Below, piece by piece: positions 38,139-48,621 of a stretch of DNA of 64,000 bases. The stretch is taken from contig JAZRLA010000015.1 of assembly GCA_045646605.1 (NCBI GenBank), forward strand, positions 137,054 to 201,053, written 5' to 3'. The notes below the pieces were generated by a model. It worked only from the letters and a program-made list of their open reading frames with translations, was not told the origin of the DNA and ran no database searches. The position numbers and the translations under genes are program-made. Positions within the stretch are counted from its first letter, which is position 1. Each line of letters begins with the position of its first letter. Source of the DNA: Candidatus Enterousia sp. (lineage in GTDB: Bacteria; Pseudomonadota; Alphaproteobacteria; Rs-D84).

Positions 38139-38867
38139 CTATTTATCCCCCAATTTTTTCGCCCATTTGCCGTCTGGAAAATTGAGTTTCAACATTTCGG
38201 CATACCCGTCCGCCTGTTCCGGCAAGCCTATCGCGGTATATGCCTCGGTCAACCTATACATTGCCTCTTCGGGCATAACGGTTTCCGGCGCATCGGTTAT
38301 AACCGATTGAAATTTCGTAATTGCACTTGCCCAATTTTCTTTGCGCATATCATTTCGCGCGGAATACATAACCTTGCCCGCAATATAGTTTTTTAGGATA
38401 TTGATTTTATTTTTCGCATTTTCGGCATACGGCGACCGTGGAAAACGGTCAACAATTTGCTGAAATTGCTGCAGGGCATAGACCGACATCCCTGGTTCGC
38501 GGCGAACATCACTTACCTGGCGATAATAACACATCCCACGCAGGTAAAGCACATACGGCACATCTTTGTGCCCGGGGTGAAACCGCATAAACCGGTCGGC
38601 GGTAAGGATTGCACCCGGAAAATCGTCATCCAAATATTGTGAATATGCCGCCATAATCAACGCATCAGCCGTCCACGGGTTGGCGGGGTATTGCGTTTCG
38701 ACCATCATGAATTTTTCGGCGGCATCGTCATAATCTTTTTTTTCAAATTCGCCGTACGCGTCATCATACAACTCGGCAAGTGTTTTATTTGTAATAATTT
38801 TGTCGGCATCCCCACTGCATCCGGCAACAATTGTACCCAATAAAAGCGGTAAAAATAATTTTTTCAT
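38139..38867 (-). CDS. bamD: outer membrane protein assembly factor BamD (YfiO)
   Basis: Lipobox 'IVAGCSG'. TPR-like repeats. Confidence 0.7.
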   Translation of the reverse strand: MKKLFLPLLLGTIVAGCSGDADKIITNKTLAELYDDAYGEFEKKDYDDAAEKFMMVETQYPANPWTADALIMAAYSQYLDDDFPGAILTADRFMRFHPGHKDVPYVLYLRGMCYYRQVSDVRREPGMSVYALQQFQQIVDRFPRSPYAENAKNKINILKNYIAGKVMYSARNDMRKENWASAITKFQSVITDAPETVMPEEAMYRLTEAYTAIGLPEQADGYAEMLKLNFPDGKWAKKLGDK

Positions 38868-38921
38868 TTCTTTTTATTCCTGTCTTGATTTTGGTTATTC
38901 GCGTTTAGTATAATCTAAACT

Positions 38922-40385
38922 ATGAAACTTGGCAAACATATTTTCGGCGTCGGTCTTATGACAGGAATAAGTCGCATATTCGGATTCATTCGTGATATGC
39001 TGATTGCGCGTGTTTTGGGGGCGGGGCGACTTTCCGATATCTTTCTTGCCGCGTTCAAGTTACCAAATTTGTTTCGTGATTTGCTGGGCGAAGGCGCGCT
39101 TTCCGCAATTTTTATTCCAATGTATGCGGATTCCCGACACGATAAATCATTTGCAAAAAATGTTTTTTCTTGGTTGATGGTTGTGTTGCTTGGCATAACA
39201 ATAGTTTTTGAAATTTTTATGCCACTTGTTGTGTGGATTTTGGCACCTGGGTTTGCGGACGTGCCGGGTAAAATGGAAATGACGGTTGTTATATCGCGCA
39301 TAATGTTTTTCTATGTAATCTTTATTTGCGCGGCGGCATTTTTGTCGGCGGTGTTGAACGCATTTTCGCGCTTTATGCTTGCGGCATTCATGCCGGTGCT
39401 GTTAAACATAATGCTGATTTGTGCATTAATATTTTCGCTGTACATCGGCGCATCAGATACAGTTCTGTATATAATGGCGGGCACGGTTGTTTTGTCTGGA
39501 ATAATTCAGTGTTTGGTTTTACTGGCGCGTATAAGGCGAAAGCATTTTGGATTGCACCTTGTTATTCCGCGATGGACCCCATCGATAAAGACAATGTTTA
39601 AACGTTTCGGGGTCAGCATTATCGGCAACGGATTTTATCAGATCACGATTATTCTTGGTACACTGGTGGCCAGTTTTGAAAGTGGTGCGGTTTCATGGCT
39701 TTATTATTCCGACCGTATTGTTCAATTGCCGTTTGCAATGATTGGTCTTGCGGTTGGAACGGTTTTGATGTCGTCAATATCGAACGCACTCGCAGAAAAG
39801 AATATGCGCAGTGTTCATATCCAGCAAAATTCTTCGATGCGCCAATCAATGATGCTGATAATGCCGTGCGTTGCGGGTCTGTTTGTGTTGGCAGAACCGA
39901 TAATAAAGTATTTGTTTGAATACGGCGCATGGACGGCGCATTCTACGCACGCGGTCGCAATCGCAATTATGATTCAGATCTTTGTTTTGCCCGCCATGCT
40001 GGTCAGCCAGATTTTCAGTAAAACTCTCTATGCTTCCCAAGATGTTAAAACCCCGGTTAAAACAAGTATCGTATCACTTGGCATTGCATCGGCGATATAT
40101 TTAGGATTGTTTTATTTCGTTGGCTATTTGGCAATACCAATCGGTGTGGTAATAAGTGGATATGTGAAAAATTACCTGTTGGGACGGGCGTGTCGCCGGC
40201 TCGGACTTACCAAAATTGATGGCCGAACGGTTCGTGCTGTGGCCATATTTGGGTTGCTTGCGGCGGTGCTTGGGTGCGGATTGTGGTTCGTTCCGATAAA
40301 CAGCATTTTTGCACTTGGACTTGCGATTGCGGGTTATGGAATTATCTATATGCCAATTGCGTTTTTGATAAATCGCAAAATATAA
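38922..40385 (+). CDS. murJ: lipid II flippase MurJ
   Basis: MviN-type polytopic protein of 487 aa. 'RDMLIARVLGAG' N-terminus. Confidence 0.8.
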   Translation: MKLGKHIFGVGLMTGISRIFGFIRDMLIARVLGAGRLSDIFLAAFKLPNLFRDLLGEGALSAIFIPMYADSRHDKSFAKNVFSWLMVVLLGITIVFEIFMPLVVWILAPGFADVPGKMEMTVVISRIMFFYVIFICAAAFLSAVLNAFSRFMLAAFMPVLLNIMLICALIFSLYIGASDTVLYIMAGTVVLSGIIQCLVLLARIRRKHFGLHLVIPRWTPSIKTMFKRFGVSIIGNGFYQITIILGTLVASFESGAVSWLYYSDRIVQLPFAMIGLAVGTVLMSSISNALAEKNMRSVHIQQNSSMRQSMMLIMPCVAGLFVLAEPIIKYLFEYGAWTAHSTHAVAIAIMIQIFVLPAMLVSQIFSKTLYASQDVKTPVKTSIVSLGIASAIYLGLFYFVGYLAIPIGVVISGYVKNYLLGRACRRLGLTKIDGRTVRAVAIFGLLAAVLGCGLWFVPINSIFALGLAIAGYGIIYMPIAFLINRKI

Positions 40386-40454
40386 AAAATAAAAAGTTGA
40401 AACCACCTTTTTTATATGATATAATGCCAGCATAAAGAATGTAAGGAGTAATCA

Positions 40455-41348
40455 ATGAAAAAATTGGTATCTTTGGCGGTTTTAACCGCACTGGTCGCGG
40501 GATGCGCGGATTTGTCACAAACAAGTGGAAACGGTGACTATGGAACAGAGGGTATTGCTGAAGAAACGCTTAGTACTGAACCCAAGGTTGCACCGGTGGA
40601 TGACGATTCGTATCTGCTTGCGGCGGCGCCTCGTTACTATATTGGTAATGCGTATAAGGTTGAAGATATTCAATACATACCGGTTGAAGATTTTACATAC
40701 AACCAGGTTGGCATGGCGGGTATAATTCCAACAGAATTAAATGGTACCAAGACCAGTAATGGTGAAACATATAATATGGGACAAATGTTGGCAACAAGTA
40801 AAACTTTGCCATTGCCCACAATTGCCAAGGTTACGAATTTGGAAAACGGTGAATCGGTCGTTGTTCGTATAAACAATCGTGGCCCGTTTGTGAACACACG
40901 TATTATGGATTTATCTGCGGCCGCGGCGGAAAAAATTGGTATAACCAATCAATCCAAGGTCCAGGTCCAAGTTATGCCGGAACAAACAATGTTGGTTAAA
41001 ACCGCAACCGTTGGAAAAAATCCGGCAACTGTACCGGCGGGTGAGCCTGCTGCCAAACAACCGGTCGCCGAAGAAACAACTGTGCCGGCGCCAACACCGG
41101 TTGCGACGGGCGATTACAGTGTCCAAGTTGCGGCGTTCTATGCCGAAGATAGCGCAAATACATTATTGCAAAAAATGCGCACCTATGGTGACGCGATTGT
41201 CGTCAAAGAAGGCGACATGTATAAGGTTCGTATTGTGAATCTTGATGCGGCCGGTGCGCGTCGCGTAATTGATGCACTGCGCAATGGCGAAGGTATGGCC
41301 CCGGGTCTGTTAAAGAACGGCCGTTGGGTAAATGCCGACAGCATCTAG
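40455..41348 (+). CDS. rlpA: septal ring lytic transglycosylase RlpA-like lipoprotein with SPOR domain
   Basis: Lipobox 'LVAGCAD', DPBB-like middle region, C-terminal SPOR domain ('YSVQVAAFYAEDSANTLL'). Confidence 0.6.
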   Translation: MKKLVSLAVLTALVAGCADLSQTSGNGDYGTEGIAEETLSTEPKVAPVDDDSYLLAAAPRYYIGNAYKVEDIQYIPVEDFTYNQVGMAGIIPTELNGTKTSNGETYNMGQMLATSKTLPLPTIAKVTNLENGESVVVRINNRGPFVNTRIMDLSAAAAEKIGITNQSKVQVQVMPEQTMLVKTATVGKNPATVPAGEPAAKQPVAEETTVPAPTPVATGDYSVQVAAFYAEDSANTLLQKMRTYGDAIVVKEGDMYKVRIVNLDAAGARRVIDALRNGEGMAPGLLKNGRWVNADSI

Positions 41349-41397
41349 TGTAAAGGCGTTCCTCCTAAAAATCCCCGTTACAAAACGGGGATTTTTC

Positions 41398-41886
41398 TTA
41401 GTGGGATTTATCGTTCGTACTGATTGATTTATATATAACGCCGGCTTCGTCAAACATTTTAAAAGACGTTGCCAAACTATCGCGCCAACCTGGTATCTGT
41501 TTCCTTTCTTCTGGTTCCATATAAATTACTTCTTTGATTCCGGCCTGAATAATTGCGCCCGCACAATGTGTGCATGGTGGCATAGTCACATATAAAATTG
41601 CCCGACTAAGATTGGTTCCATTTCTTGCAGCATTCAACACGGCGTTCACTTCGGCATGCACGACGTAATCATACTTTGTTGGACGCGTCCATCTTTCTGG
41701 AATGTTATCATTTACCAAACGTGGAAAACCGTTGTATCCCATGGAACGAACCTCTTTATCCGGCCCTATGATAACACAACCAACCTTGGTGCTGGTATCC
41801 TTGGACCATGTCGCGATAAGTTTCGCCATATCCATAAACCGCAAATTCCATTTTTCATCAAATGTGAAACTTTTCTGTTCTTTCAT
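41398..41886 (-). CDS. dCMP deaminase (CMP/dCMP deaminase zinc-binding)
   Basis: 'HAEVNAVLNAA' and 'PCTHCAGAI'. Confidence 0.65.
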   Translation of the reverse strand: MKEQKSFTFDEKWNLRFMDMAKLIATWSKDTSTKVGCVIIGPDKEVRSMGYNGFPRLVNDNIPERWTRPTKYDYVVHAEVNAVLNAARNGTNLSRAILYVTMPPCTHCAGAIIQAGIKEVIYMEPEERKQIPGWRDSLATSFKMFDEAGVIYKSISTNDKSH

Positions 41887-41966
41887 AATAAATCCTTTTG
41901 TAATTACCTTGACCACAACTTACAATAACCGCGGAATTTTGCAAGTTTTTTGTTCACTTTTGAAAT

Positions 41967-42881
41967 ATGTGTGCTATTGTGTATGGTATGAGCAAGACAT
42001 ATTCAGGTTTTATCGCCATTGTCGGCCCAACGAACGCCGGCAAAAGCACTCTGTTGAATCAGATCATGGGGCGTAAGGTTTCTATCGTTTCGCACAAGGT
42101 GCAAACCACGCGAACGAACCTGCGTGCCGTTAAAATGGTCGGGGATCGTCAATTGATTTTTGTCGATACGCCGGGAATTTTTAGGCCCAATCGGCGTTTG
42201 GATCGCGCGATGGTTTCGGCGGCGATGACGGCACTTTCCGATGCGGACGCGGTACTTTTGATTATTGATGCGACCAAGGGTATTACCGATACGGTGCGTG
42301 GTATCGTTGAAAAAATTCGCGGACATAAAAACCTGTTTGTGGCGTTGAACAAAACCGATGCGGTAAAAAAATCTGATTTGTTACCGATTGCGGCGGATTT
42401 AAATGAAATGGCGGATTTTCGTGAAATCTTTATGATTTCGGCTATGAAAAATGATGGCGTTGCGGAAATGTTGGTGTCGATTGCGTCGGTAATGCCGGAA
42501 TCACCGTATCTGTTTGATGCGACGGACGCAACCGATGTTCCGGATAACCTGTACCTTGCGGAATTGACGCGGGAAAAGGTCTATCGTTATATCCACCAAG
42601 AATTGCCATATCACATAAATGTCGTGACGGAACGTGTTGATGTGGATGACGAAGGGGTGCTTGATATATATCAAAAAATCGTCGTGCAAAGTGATGCGCA
42701 TAAAAAAATTGTAATTGGTCGCGGTGGTGCGCAACTTAAGAAAATAGGAACATCGGCGCGCCATGATATCCAAGATCAATGGGGCGTGAACGCACGTTTG
42801 CATTTGTTCGTGCGTGTTGAACCGGATTGGGAAAATACCGCCGAAAATTACACCGACCAAGGGTTAGAGTTTAAGAAATAA
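41967..42881 (+). CDS. era: GTPase Era
   Basis: 'GFIAIVGPTNAGKSTLLN' G1 motif, 'DTPG' G3 motif, C-terminal KH domain. Confidence 0.85.
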   Translation: MCAIVYGMSKTYSGFIAIVGPTNAGKSTLLNQIMGRKVSIVSHKVQTTRTNLRAVKMVGDRQLIFVDTPGIFRPNRRLDRAMVSAAMTALSDADAVLLIIDATKGITDTVRGIVEKIRGHKNLFVALNKTDAVKKSDLLPIAADLNEMADFREIFMISAMKNDGVAEMLVSIASVMPESPYLFDATDATDVPDNLYLAELTREKVYRYIHQELPYHINVVTERVDVDDEGVLDIYQKIVVQSDAHKKIVIGRGGAQLKKIGTSARHDIQDQWGVNARLHLFVRVEPDWENTAENYTDQGLEFKK

Positions 42882-44813
42882 ATGCTGCACACATCCGACT
42901 TTGATTTTGAATTACCCCCGGAACTTATCGCATCGCACCCACTTGCGCGTCGTGACGCATCCCGTATGTTGGTGGTGGAACCAAGTTCCCCTCCGTTGGA
43001 TGGGTGCCCGCAGGGCGGGGTGGGGGCGAAAGTTCCCCTCCTGTGGAGGGGTGGCCGAAGGCCGGGGTGGTCTTTTGAAGCGTGTAAATTCGGCGCAAAC
43101 TTCAAATTGCCTTTTAATAAAAATTTGGTGGAACGTGCCCGCAAACTTCGTAAAGCAGGTAGTTTACCAGAAGCGTTATTATGGAAAGAAATTAAAGGCA
43201 AGCAAGTAAATGGTTTAAATTTTGATAGGCAAAAAGTTATCGGAAATTACATAGTGGACTTCTTTTGCCCAGAATTGGGGATTGTTATAGAAATAGACGA
43301 TAAAACGCACGACTTTAAAGCTGAATATGACGAAAAAAGAGAAAAATATTTGCGCAGTCTTGGGCTGGAAATAATACACATCAGTGCCAAAGATGTTTTA
43401 GAAAATCCGGCATCCGTTGCGTTGTGGTTAAAGACCGCCCCGGCCTTCGGCCACCCCTCCACAGGAGGGGAACTTACCCTCTCCGACAAACATATACGCA
43501 ATTTTTTGGATTACCTGCGCCCTGGTGATGTGGTTGTGTTTAACAATTCGCGGGTGATTCCGGCGCGTTTTGATGCGGACGGTTATGAAATCACATTGCA
43601 TACCGCGGTTGATGACAAAAATTGGTGGGGCCTGTGTAAAAAATTCAATAAAATAAAAGTTGGCGATACACTTACCATGGCGGACGGCACAACAATTACG
43701 GTTGTGGACAAAGACGATGAAAGTGGCCTTTTGCTGCACTTTAATTGCGATAATGTATTTGATGTCTTGAACCGTGTTGGAAAGATGCCATTGCCTCCAT
43801 ACATGAAACGCGATGCCGAAATCGCCGATCAAACGCGCTATCAAACGGTTTATGCGGACCCACTTGGGTCAATGGCGGCACCGACGGCGGGTTTACACTT
43901 TACCGATGAATTGATGCGTGAAATAGAGGCACGTGGCGCGAAAATCGTGAAAATCACACTGCATGTCGGCGCGGGAACTTGGATGCCGGTCAAGACCGAA
44001 AATCTGTCCGAACATAAAATGCACAGTGAATGGTGCCAAATCACACCGCAGCAAGCCGGAATCATAAACGCCGCAACGCGTGTAATCGCCGTTGGCACAA
44101 CAACGCTCCGCACATTGGAATCCGCCGCGTCAAGTTCCCCTCCTTTGGAGGGGTGGCGGGTAGCACCCGCCGGGGTGGTTAGAGACACCGCAAACTATCG
44201 CACATTACCATTTAACCCAAAATTAAAAGAGCGTGCACGCGAATTGCGGCATGCGGGCAGTTTGCCCGAGGCATTATTGTGGAACGAAATCAAAAATAAA
44301 AAATTAAATGGTCTGGATTTTGATAGACAGAAAATAATTGGAAATTACATCGTTGATTTCTTTTGTGCGTCAAAATTTTTAGTTATCGAGGTTGACGATA
44401 AAACCCATGACACAAAAGTTGATTATGATAGGCAGCGTGATGAATATCTAAAATCTTTAAATCTTGCAGTGATACATATCCAGGCCAAAGATGTCTTGCA
44501 AGACCCTCACGGTGTTTTTAACTGGCTGTCTAACCACCCCGGCACTTCGTGCCACCCCTCCAACGGAGGGGAACGTGCGCGTGTCGCACCAATCTGCCAA
44601 ACCACAGATATCTTTATTACACCCGGTTACAAATTCCGCGTGGTTGATGTGTTGCTGACGAATTTTCATTTGCCACGGTCAACACTTTTTATGTTGGTGT
44701 CGGCGTTTTCGGGATTCGCCGAAATGAAGGCGGCATACGCCCACGCCATCGCCGAAAAATACAGATTCTTTAGTTATGGCGATTGCTGTTTGTTATTTAG
44801 AAAGGATAATTAA
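42882..44813 (+). CDS. queA: S-adenosylmethionine:tRNA ribosyltransferase-isomerase QueA with two in-frame insertions
   Basis: QueA N-terminus, middle and C-terminus are separated by two insertions of about 150-167 aa. Each encodes a DUF559-like domain. Total 643 aa against about 340 typical. Confidence 0.8.
   Translation: MLHTSDFDFELPPELIASHPLARRDASRMLVVEPSSPPLDGCPQGGVGAKVPLLWRGGRRPGWSFEACKFGANFKLPFNKNLVERARKLRKAGSLPEALLWKEIKGKQVNGLNFDRQKVIGNYIVDFFCPELGIVIEIDDKTHDFKAEYDEKREKYLRSLGLEIIHISAKDVLENPASVALWLKTAPAFGHPSTGGELTLSDKHIRNFLDYLRPGDVVVFNNSRVIPARFDADGYEITLHTAVDDKNWWGLCKKFNKIKVGDTLTMADGTTITVVDKDDESGLLLHFNCDNVFDVLNRVGKMPLPPYMKRDAEIADQTRYQTVYADPLGSMAAPTAGLHFTDELMREIEARGAKIVKITLHVGAGTWMPVKTENLSEHKMHSEWCQITPQQAGIINAATRVIAVGTTTLRTLESAASSSPPLEGWRVAPAGVVRDTANYRTLPFNPKLKERARELRHAGSLPEALLWNEIKNKKLNGLDFDRQKIIGNYIVDFFCASKFLVIEVDDKTHDTKVDYDRQRDEYLKSLNLAVIHIQAKDVLQDPHGVFNWLSNHPGTSCHPSNGGERARVAPICQTTDIFITPGYKFRVVDVLLTNFHLPRSTLFMLVSAFSGFAEMKAAYAHAIAEKYRFFSYGDCCLLFRKDN
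43031..43475 (+). mobile_element. TIR-flanked DUF559 endonuclease-domain cassette, in-frame in queA (copy 1)
   Basis: 42-bp inverted B elements sit at 43031-43072 and 43434-43475. Interior encodes a DUF559 domain ('GNYIVDFFCPELGIVIEIDDKTH'). An extra degenerate B half-copy lies at 42984-43027. Confidence 0.6.
44133..44576 (+). mobile_element. TIR-flanked DUF559 endonuclease-domain cassette, in-frame in queA (copy 2)
   Basis: Inverted B-like elements at 44133-44178 and 44535-44576. Second DUF559 domain ('GNYIVDFFCASKFLVIEVDDKTH'). Same ~444-bp size as copy 1. Confidence 0.6.
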
Positions 44814-44814
44814 C

Positions 44815-45921
44815 ATGTCACTGAAATTTTGTCTTTTAGCAACGGACGGAAATGCGCGGCGGGGGGCGGTTGAAACCGCGCACGGAACTTTTCAAACGCC
44901 GGCGTTTATGGCGGTTGGTACGGCGGCAACGGTCAAGGCACTGACCATGGACCAAGTAGCGGCGACGGGAACCCAGGTTATTTTGGGCAACACATATCAT
45001 CTGATGATGCGGCCCGGCGGTGACTTGGTGGAAAAGATGGGTGGATTGCATAAATTTAGCGGTTGGCACGGGCCGATTTTGACGGACAGTGGCGGTTTTC
45101 AGGTTATGTCGCTTTCGAACCTTGTTAAAATGAAAGAAGAGGGCGTAGAGTTCACTTCGCACATTGACGGCGGGATAAAACACTTTTTGCGCCCCGAAGA
45201 TTCCGTGCATATTCAACACCAACTTGATTCCAATATCACAATGGTTTTGGACGAATGTTTGAAACTGCCCACAACGCGTGCACGTGCGGAAAAAAATGTT
45301 GATATGGTAACGCGTTGGGCGGCGCGCAGTAAAAATGCGTTTGTTGACCGCCTGGGCTATGGTATTTTCGGCATTGTCCAAGGTGCGGATTATAAAGATT
45401 TGCGTGAAAAGTCCGCACGGGAACTGACCGCGATTGGGTTTGACGGGTACGCAATCGGCGGACTGGCCGTCGGAGAACCGCAAAGCGTTATGTTTGATAT
45501 GATTGCAACGGTCACGCCAATGTTGCCGACAGACAAACCGCGGTATTTGATGGGGGTTGGAACACCGCTGGATATACTGGGCGCGGTGGAACGCGGTGTT
45601 GATATGTTCGATTGCGTCATGCCAACGCGCGCGGGTCGTACGGCGATGGCGTTCACGCGACATGGCACAATGAATATGCGCAATGCGAAATATCGCGATG
45701 ATGATGCGCCACTGGACGACAAATGTGGTTGCCCTGCATGCAAGCTTTCGCGCGCGTATTTGCACCACTTGATTAAGTGTAACGAGATTTTAGGCTCAAC
45801 ACTTCTTACACAACATAACCTTTGGTTTTATCAAGACCTGATGCGCGATATTCGCGAAAGCATAGAGCAGGGCCGTTTTGCCGAGTTTAAGGCAGAATTT
45901 ATAAAGAATTATATGGGTTAG
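44815..45921 (+). CDS. tgt: queuine tRNA-ribosyltransferase
   Basis: 'MSLKFCLLATDGNARRGAVETAHGTFQTPAFMAVGT' Tgt N-terminus and 'CGCPAC' zinc site. Start set just after the queA stop. Confidence 0.85.
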   Translation: MSLKFCLLATDGNARRGAVETAHGTFQTPAFMAVGTAATVKALTMDQVAATGTQVILGNTYHLMMRPGGDLVEKMGGLHKFSGWHGPILTDSGGFQVMSLSNLVKMKEEGVEFTSHIDGGIKHFLRPEDSVHIQHQLDSNITMVLDECLKLPTTRARAEKNVDMVTRWAARSKNAFVDRLGYGIFGIVQGADYKDLREKSARELTAIGFDGYAIGGLAVGEPQSVMFDMIATVTPMLPTDKPRYLMGVGTPLDILGAVERGVDMFDCVMPTRAGRTAMAFTRHGTMNMRNAKYRDDDAPLDDKCGCPACKLSRAYLHHLIKCNEILGSTLLTQHNLWFYQDLMRDIRESIEQGRFAEFKAEFIKNYMG

Positions 45922-45963
45922 TTCTCCTCCTGTGGAGGAGTACGGCGAAGCCGGGAGGTGGTC
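45920..45963. repeat. solo element B (double-hairpin) immediately after the tgt stop
   Basis: AGTTCTCCTCCTGTGGAGGAGTACGGCGAAGCCGGGAGGTGGTC. Confidence 0.6.
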
Positions 45964-46042
45964 TTTTTGAAAAAATAATTTTCCGTTGCAATGAAATTTG
46001 TTTCTTTGTTAAAATGAAAATAATTAAAACAAAGGAGCAAAC

Positions 46043-47017
46043 ATGCCAAAGAAAAAAGAAATCGAAGTAATCGACCGCGGCGGTGCGAAAACCGTCGCAA
46101 AGAAAACGTCTGTGGTCACGCACGCGCGGCGCATATTTTTGATCGTGTCCATTATATGGCTTGCGTTCGTTGTATGGTTTCCACTGCATGTAAAGGCCAA
46201 GTATTCTGATTCGATAAAGCAATCGACCGTTGTTGCAATTTTCTATGATTTGCAACGCAATGTTGCGGAACAATATGAAAGGATGCTGGGCGGAATCAAA
46301 AATGCGATAAACCTTGAAAAGCCTGTCGCGATTGCGATTGACAAGGTAAAGATGGTTGAAAATCAGGTAAATAAAGTGACCGACACAACGGCCAAGGCCA
46401 AGGAACAAACGGCCAAGGTCAAAGAACAAACGTCCGGTGTGCGTGGCCTTACCGGTCTTGCAAATAAATTTGGGGTGAAAACCGATGCAATTGATAATGC
46501 GCTGGACCGTGCGGACGGTGCGGTGGACAAAGCAAATGCGGCGGTTGATAAAGTCGACAATGTTGCAAAAAAGGTAAACGAAAAATTGGACGGCGTTGAA
46601 AAAGAACTTACGCGGGTTACACAGTTAGAGGTTGATAAAGTAATCGATGCCGCAATCAAAAGCCAAATGGATTCGGCGGTTGCGATGCTGTTCACGAAAT
46701 ATGATATCAAACATGTGTATCCGTGGGAACCATCATCTTGGCCGACCGCGCGCAAGATTTATCGCGAACTGGCGAATTCCAATCTGGATTTTGTTCAGAC
46801 GATTATCAAGACCGTGAATAAATATTTCGGTTACGTGATTTGGACTTTCGTAATTGCGGCGTGGTTGCTGGGGCTTTATATCTGGACATTTATTAACAAG
46901 TGGTACAAGGCGACAATTGCACCATTCATCGTATGCCCGCGCTGTGGCCACACATTTGCAGACAAACGCACGGCGATGAGTATGCTAAAATTACTGCAAC
47001 CATGGAAATGGTTTTAA
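46043..47017 (+). CDS. hypothetical membrane protein with coiled coil and C-terminal zinc ribbon
   Basis: TM helices near both ends. 'CPRCGHTF' motif. Confidence 0.4.
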   Translation: MPKKKEIEVIDRGGAKTVAKKTSVVTHARRIFLIVSIIWLAFVVWFPLHVKAKYSDSIKQSTVVAIFYDLQRNVAEQYERMLGGIKNAINLEKPVAIAIDKVKMVENQVNKVTDTTAKAKEQTAKVKEQTSGVRGLTGLANKFGVKTDAIDNALDRADGAVDKANAAVDKVDNVAKKVNEKLDGVEKELTRVTQLEVDKVIDAAIKSQMDSAVAMLFTKYDIKHVYPWEPSSWPTARKIYRELANSNLDFVQTIIKTVNKYFGYVIWTFVIAAWLLGLYIWTFINKWYKATIAPFIVCPRCGHTFADKRTAMSMLKLLQPWKWF

Positions 47018-47113
47018 AATGGGAATTTGATGCCGCCCCATCGGGGCGGCATTTTGTTTGACCAAGATAGCATTTTCTGATAAAATTTATATGAAAAAAC
47101 AAAAGGATTATAT

Positions 47114-48550
47114 ATGCGAAAGTCGGTGTCGCAAAAAAACAAACTTAAAAAAATTTTATTTGGTATCGCAACACTTGGATTGGTGACATTTGTCGGAACC
47201 AAAGCCGGAAAATTAGTTAATAACAGAAATAGCGATAAAGAAGAAAAAGAAGAAATAATCAAAGAACCGGAAAAACCAACAGATTTTACTTCGTTGGCGA
47301 TGGCGCATTATTATCCTGAATTGTTTGTCGCGGTCGAAGAATTAGAGACATATCGCGCAACACCAAAAAAGCACACCAAAGAAAAACGCTATACATATTG
47401 GAACGGTTTGACATGGGTTTATACGGTGAATAAAAACGGCACAATTTCCCAGCACCCGTGTACCGGACAATGGAAAAATATGGCGGCGGGTTTCAGTCGT
47501 GAACAATGTGAAGAACAATTTCGTTTGCACTTGCAATTCGAAACATTTAAATCACTTGAAATGGCAATCAGTGGTAAAAGCAATATAAATCATCAACAGA
47601 TAATGGGCTTGTTAATGTTGGGTTATCAATTGCCCGGAAAAATTGCCCCGATTGCGGTTCATTTGAATAAAGCAACAAATACACAACAAATAATGGACGC
47701 TTTCAAATACAGTTTGCCCGAAAACACATTATGGCGCGAAGGAACACTTAAACGTCGTTGGTGGTGTGGGGCATACGCCGCGGGTTTGATAACGGTTGAT
47801 GATTTGCTGGGTTTGAAAAAAGATTCCTTTTCAAAAATATCTTTGGCGAAAGTTGCAACCGGAATTAAAAGAAATTCAAAAGGCGAAGTGTTATCAATTG
47901 AACATTTCAAATTTGATACGGCAACTGTGCAATATGCGTTGAATACTGCCCGCACAAAAGGGAACAACCCAATCGTTAGGGATGTATTAAATCAAACCGC
48001 CGGTGGTCGTGCTGTGATAAAGGCCGTTGAATCTGGGACACAGATTGATTTTATTATCGCAAAATCGAATTTTGATCAAACAGATTATGCCAAAGCGGTA
48101 ACATCTTTCAGGTCCGGCGATTACGAATCCGCGGCGGCGGGGTTTAAGAAACTGTTAGAAACAAATCCGAATGATGCATTGCTTTGGAATGATTTGGCCG
48201 CGTCTTACAATAACCTTGGCAAATATGATTTGGCACTTGAATGCACAGGCAAAATTTTCAAAGAAATTGGGGATAGGTCACAATATGCGGCCGCGTACTA
48301 TAATGCCGGCGTCGCACGCGAAAATTTGGGGCAATATAAATCCGCATTGGCTAATTATCAATACGCGAAAAAGAGTGGTAATAAATCGCCGGATGTTGAT
48401 ACGGCAATCGCCCGTGTGCAGAAAATAATGGCAAAATCCGCCAAAATGCGGGCTTATAATGCCGGAACACAAAAAGTTGGTGCCACTATGCAACACCACA
48501 AATTGCAAAATATCCGTACATTGCCCAAGACGGGCGCGCGACGCGCATAA
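47114..48550 (+). CDS. membrane-anchored TPR-repeat protein
   Basis: N-terminal TM helix. C-terminal TPR repeats ('LLWNDLAASYNNLGKYDLALE'). Confidence 0.45.
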   Translation: MRKSVSQKNKLKKILFGIATLGLVTFVGTKAGKLVNNRNSDKEEKEEIIKEPEKPTDFTSLAMAHYYPELFVAVEELETYRATPKKHTKEKRYTYWNGLTWVYTVNKNGTISQHPCTGQWKNMAAGFSREQCEEQFRLHLQFETFKSLEMAISGKSNINHQQIMGLLMLGYQLPGKIAPIAVHLNKATNTQQIMDAFKYSLPENTLWREGTLKRRWWCGAYAAGLITVDDLLGLKKDSFSKISLAKVATGIKRNSKGEVLSIEHFKFDTATVQYALNTARTKGNNPIVRDVLNQTAGGRAVIKAVESGTQIDFIIAKSNFDQTDYAKAVTSFRSGDYESAAAGFKKLLETNPNDALLWNDLAASYNNLGKYDLALECTGKIFKEIGDRSQYAAAYYNAGVARENLGQYKSALANYQYAKKSGNKSPDVDTAIARVQKIMAKSAKMRAYNAGTQKVGATMQHHKLQNIRTLPKTGARRA

Positions 48551-48621
48551 AAACACCGGTTTTTTGCGGAATATTTTTTCCTTGCAAATTGGATTTTTGT
48601 GTGTAAGAATATGCGGGCAAT

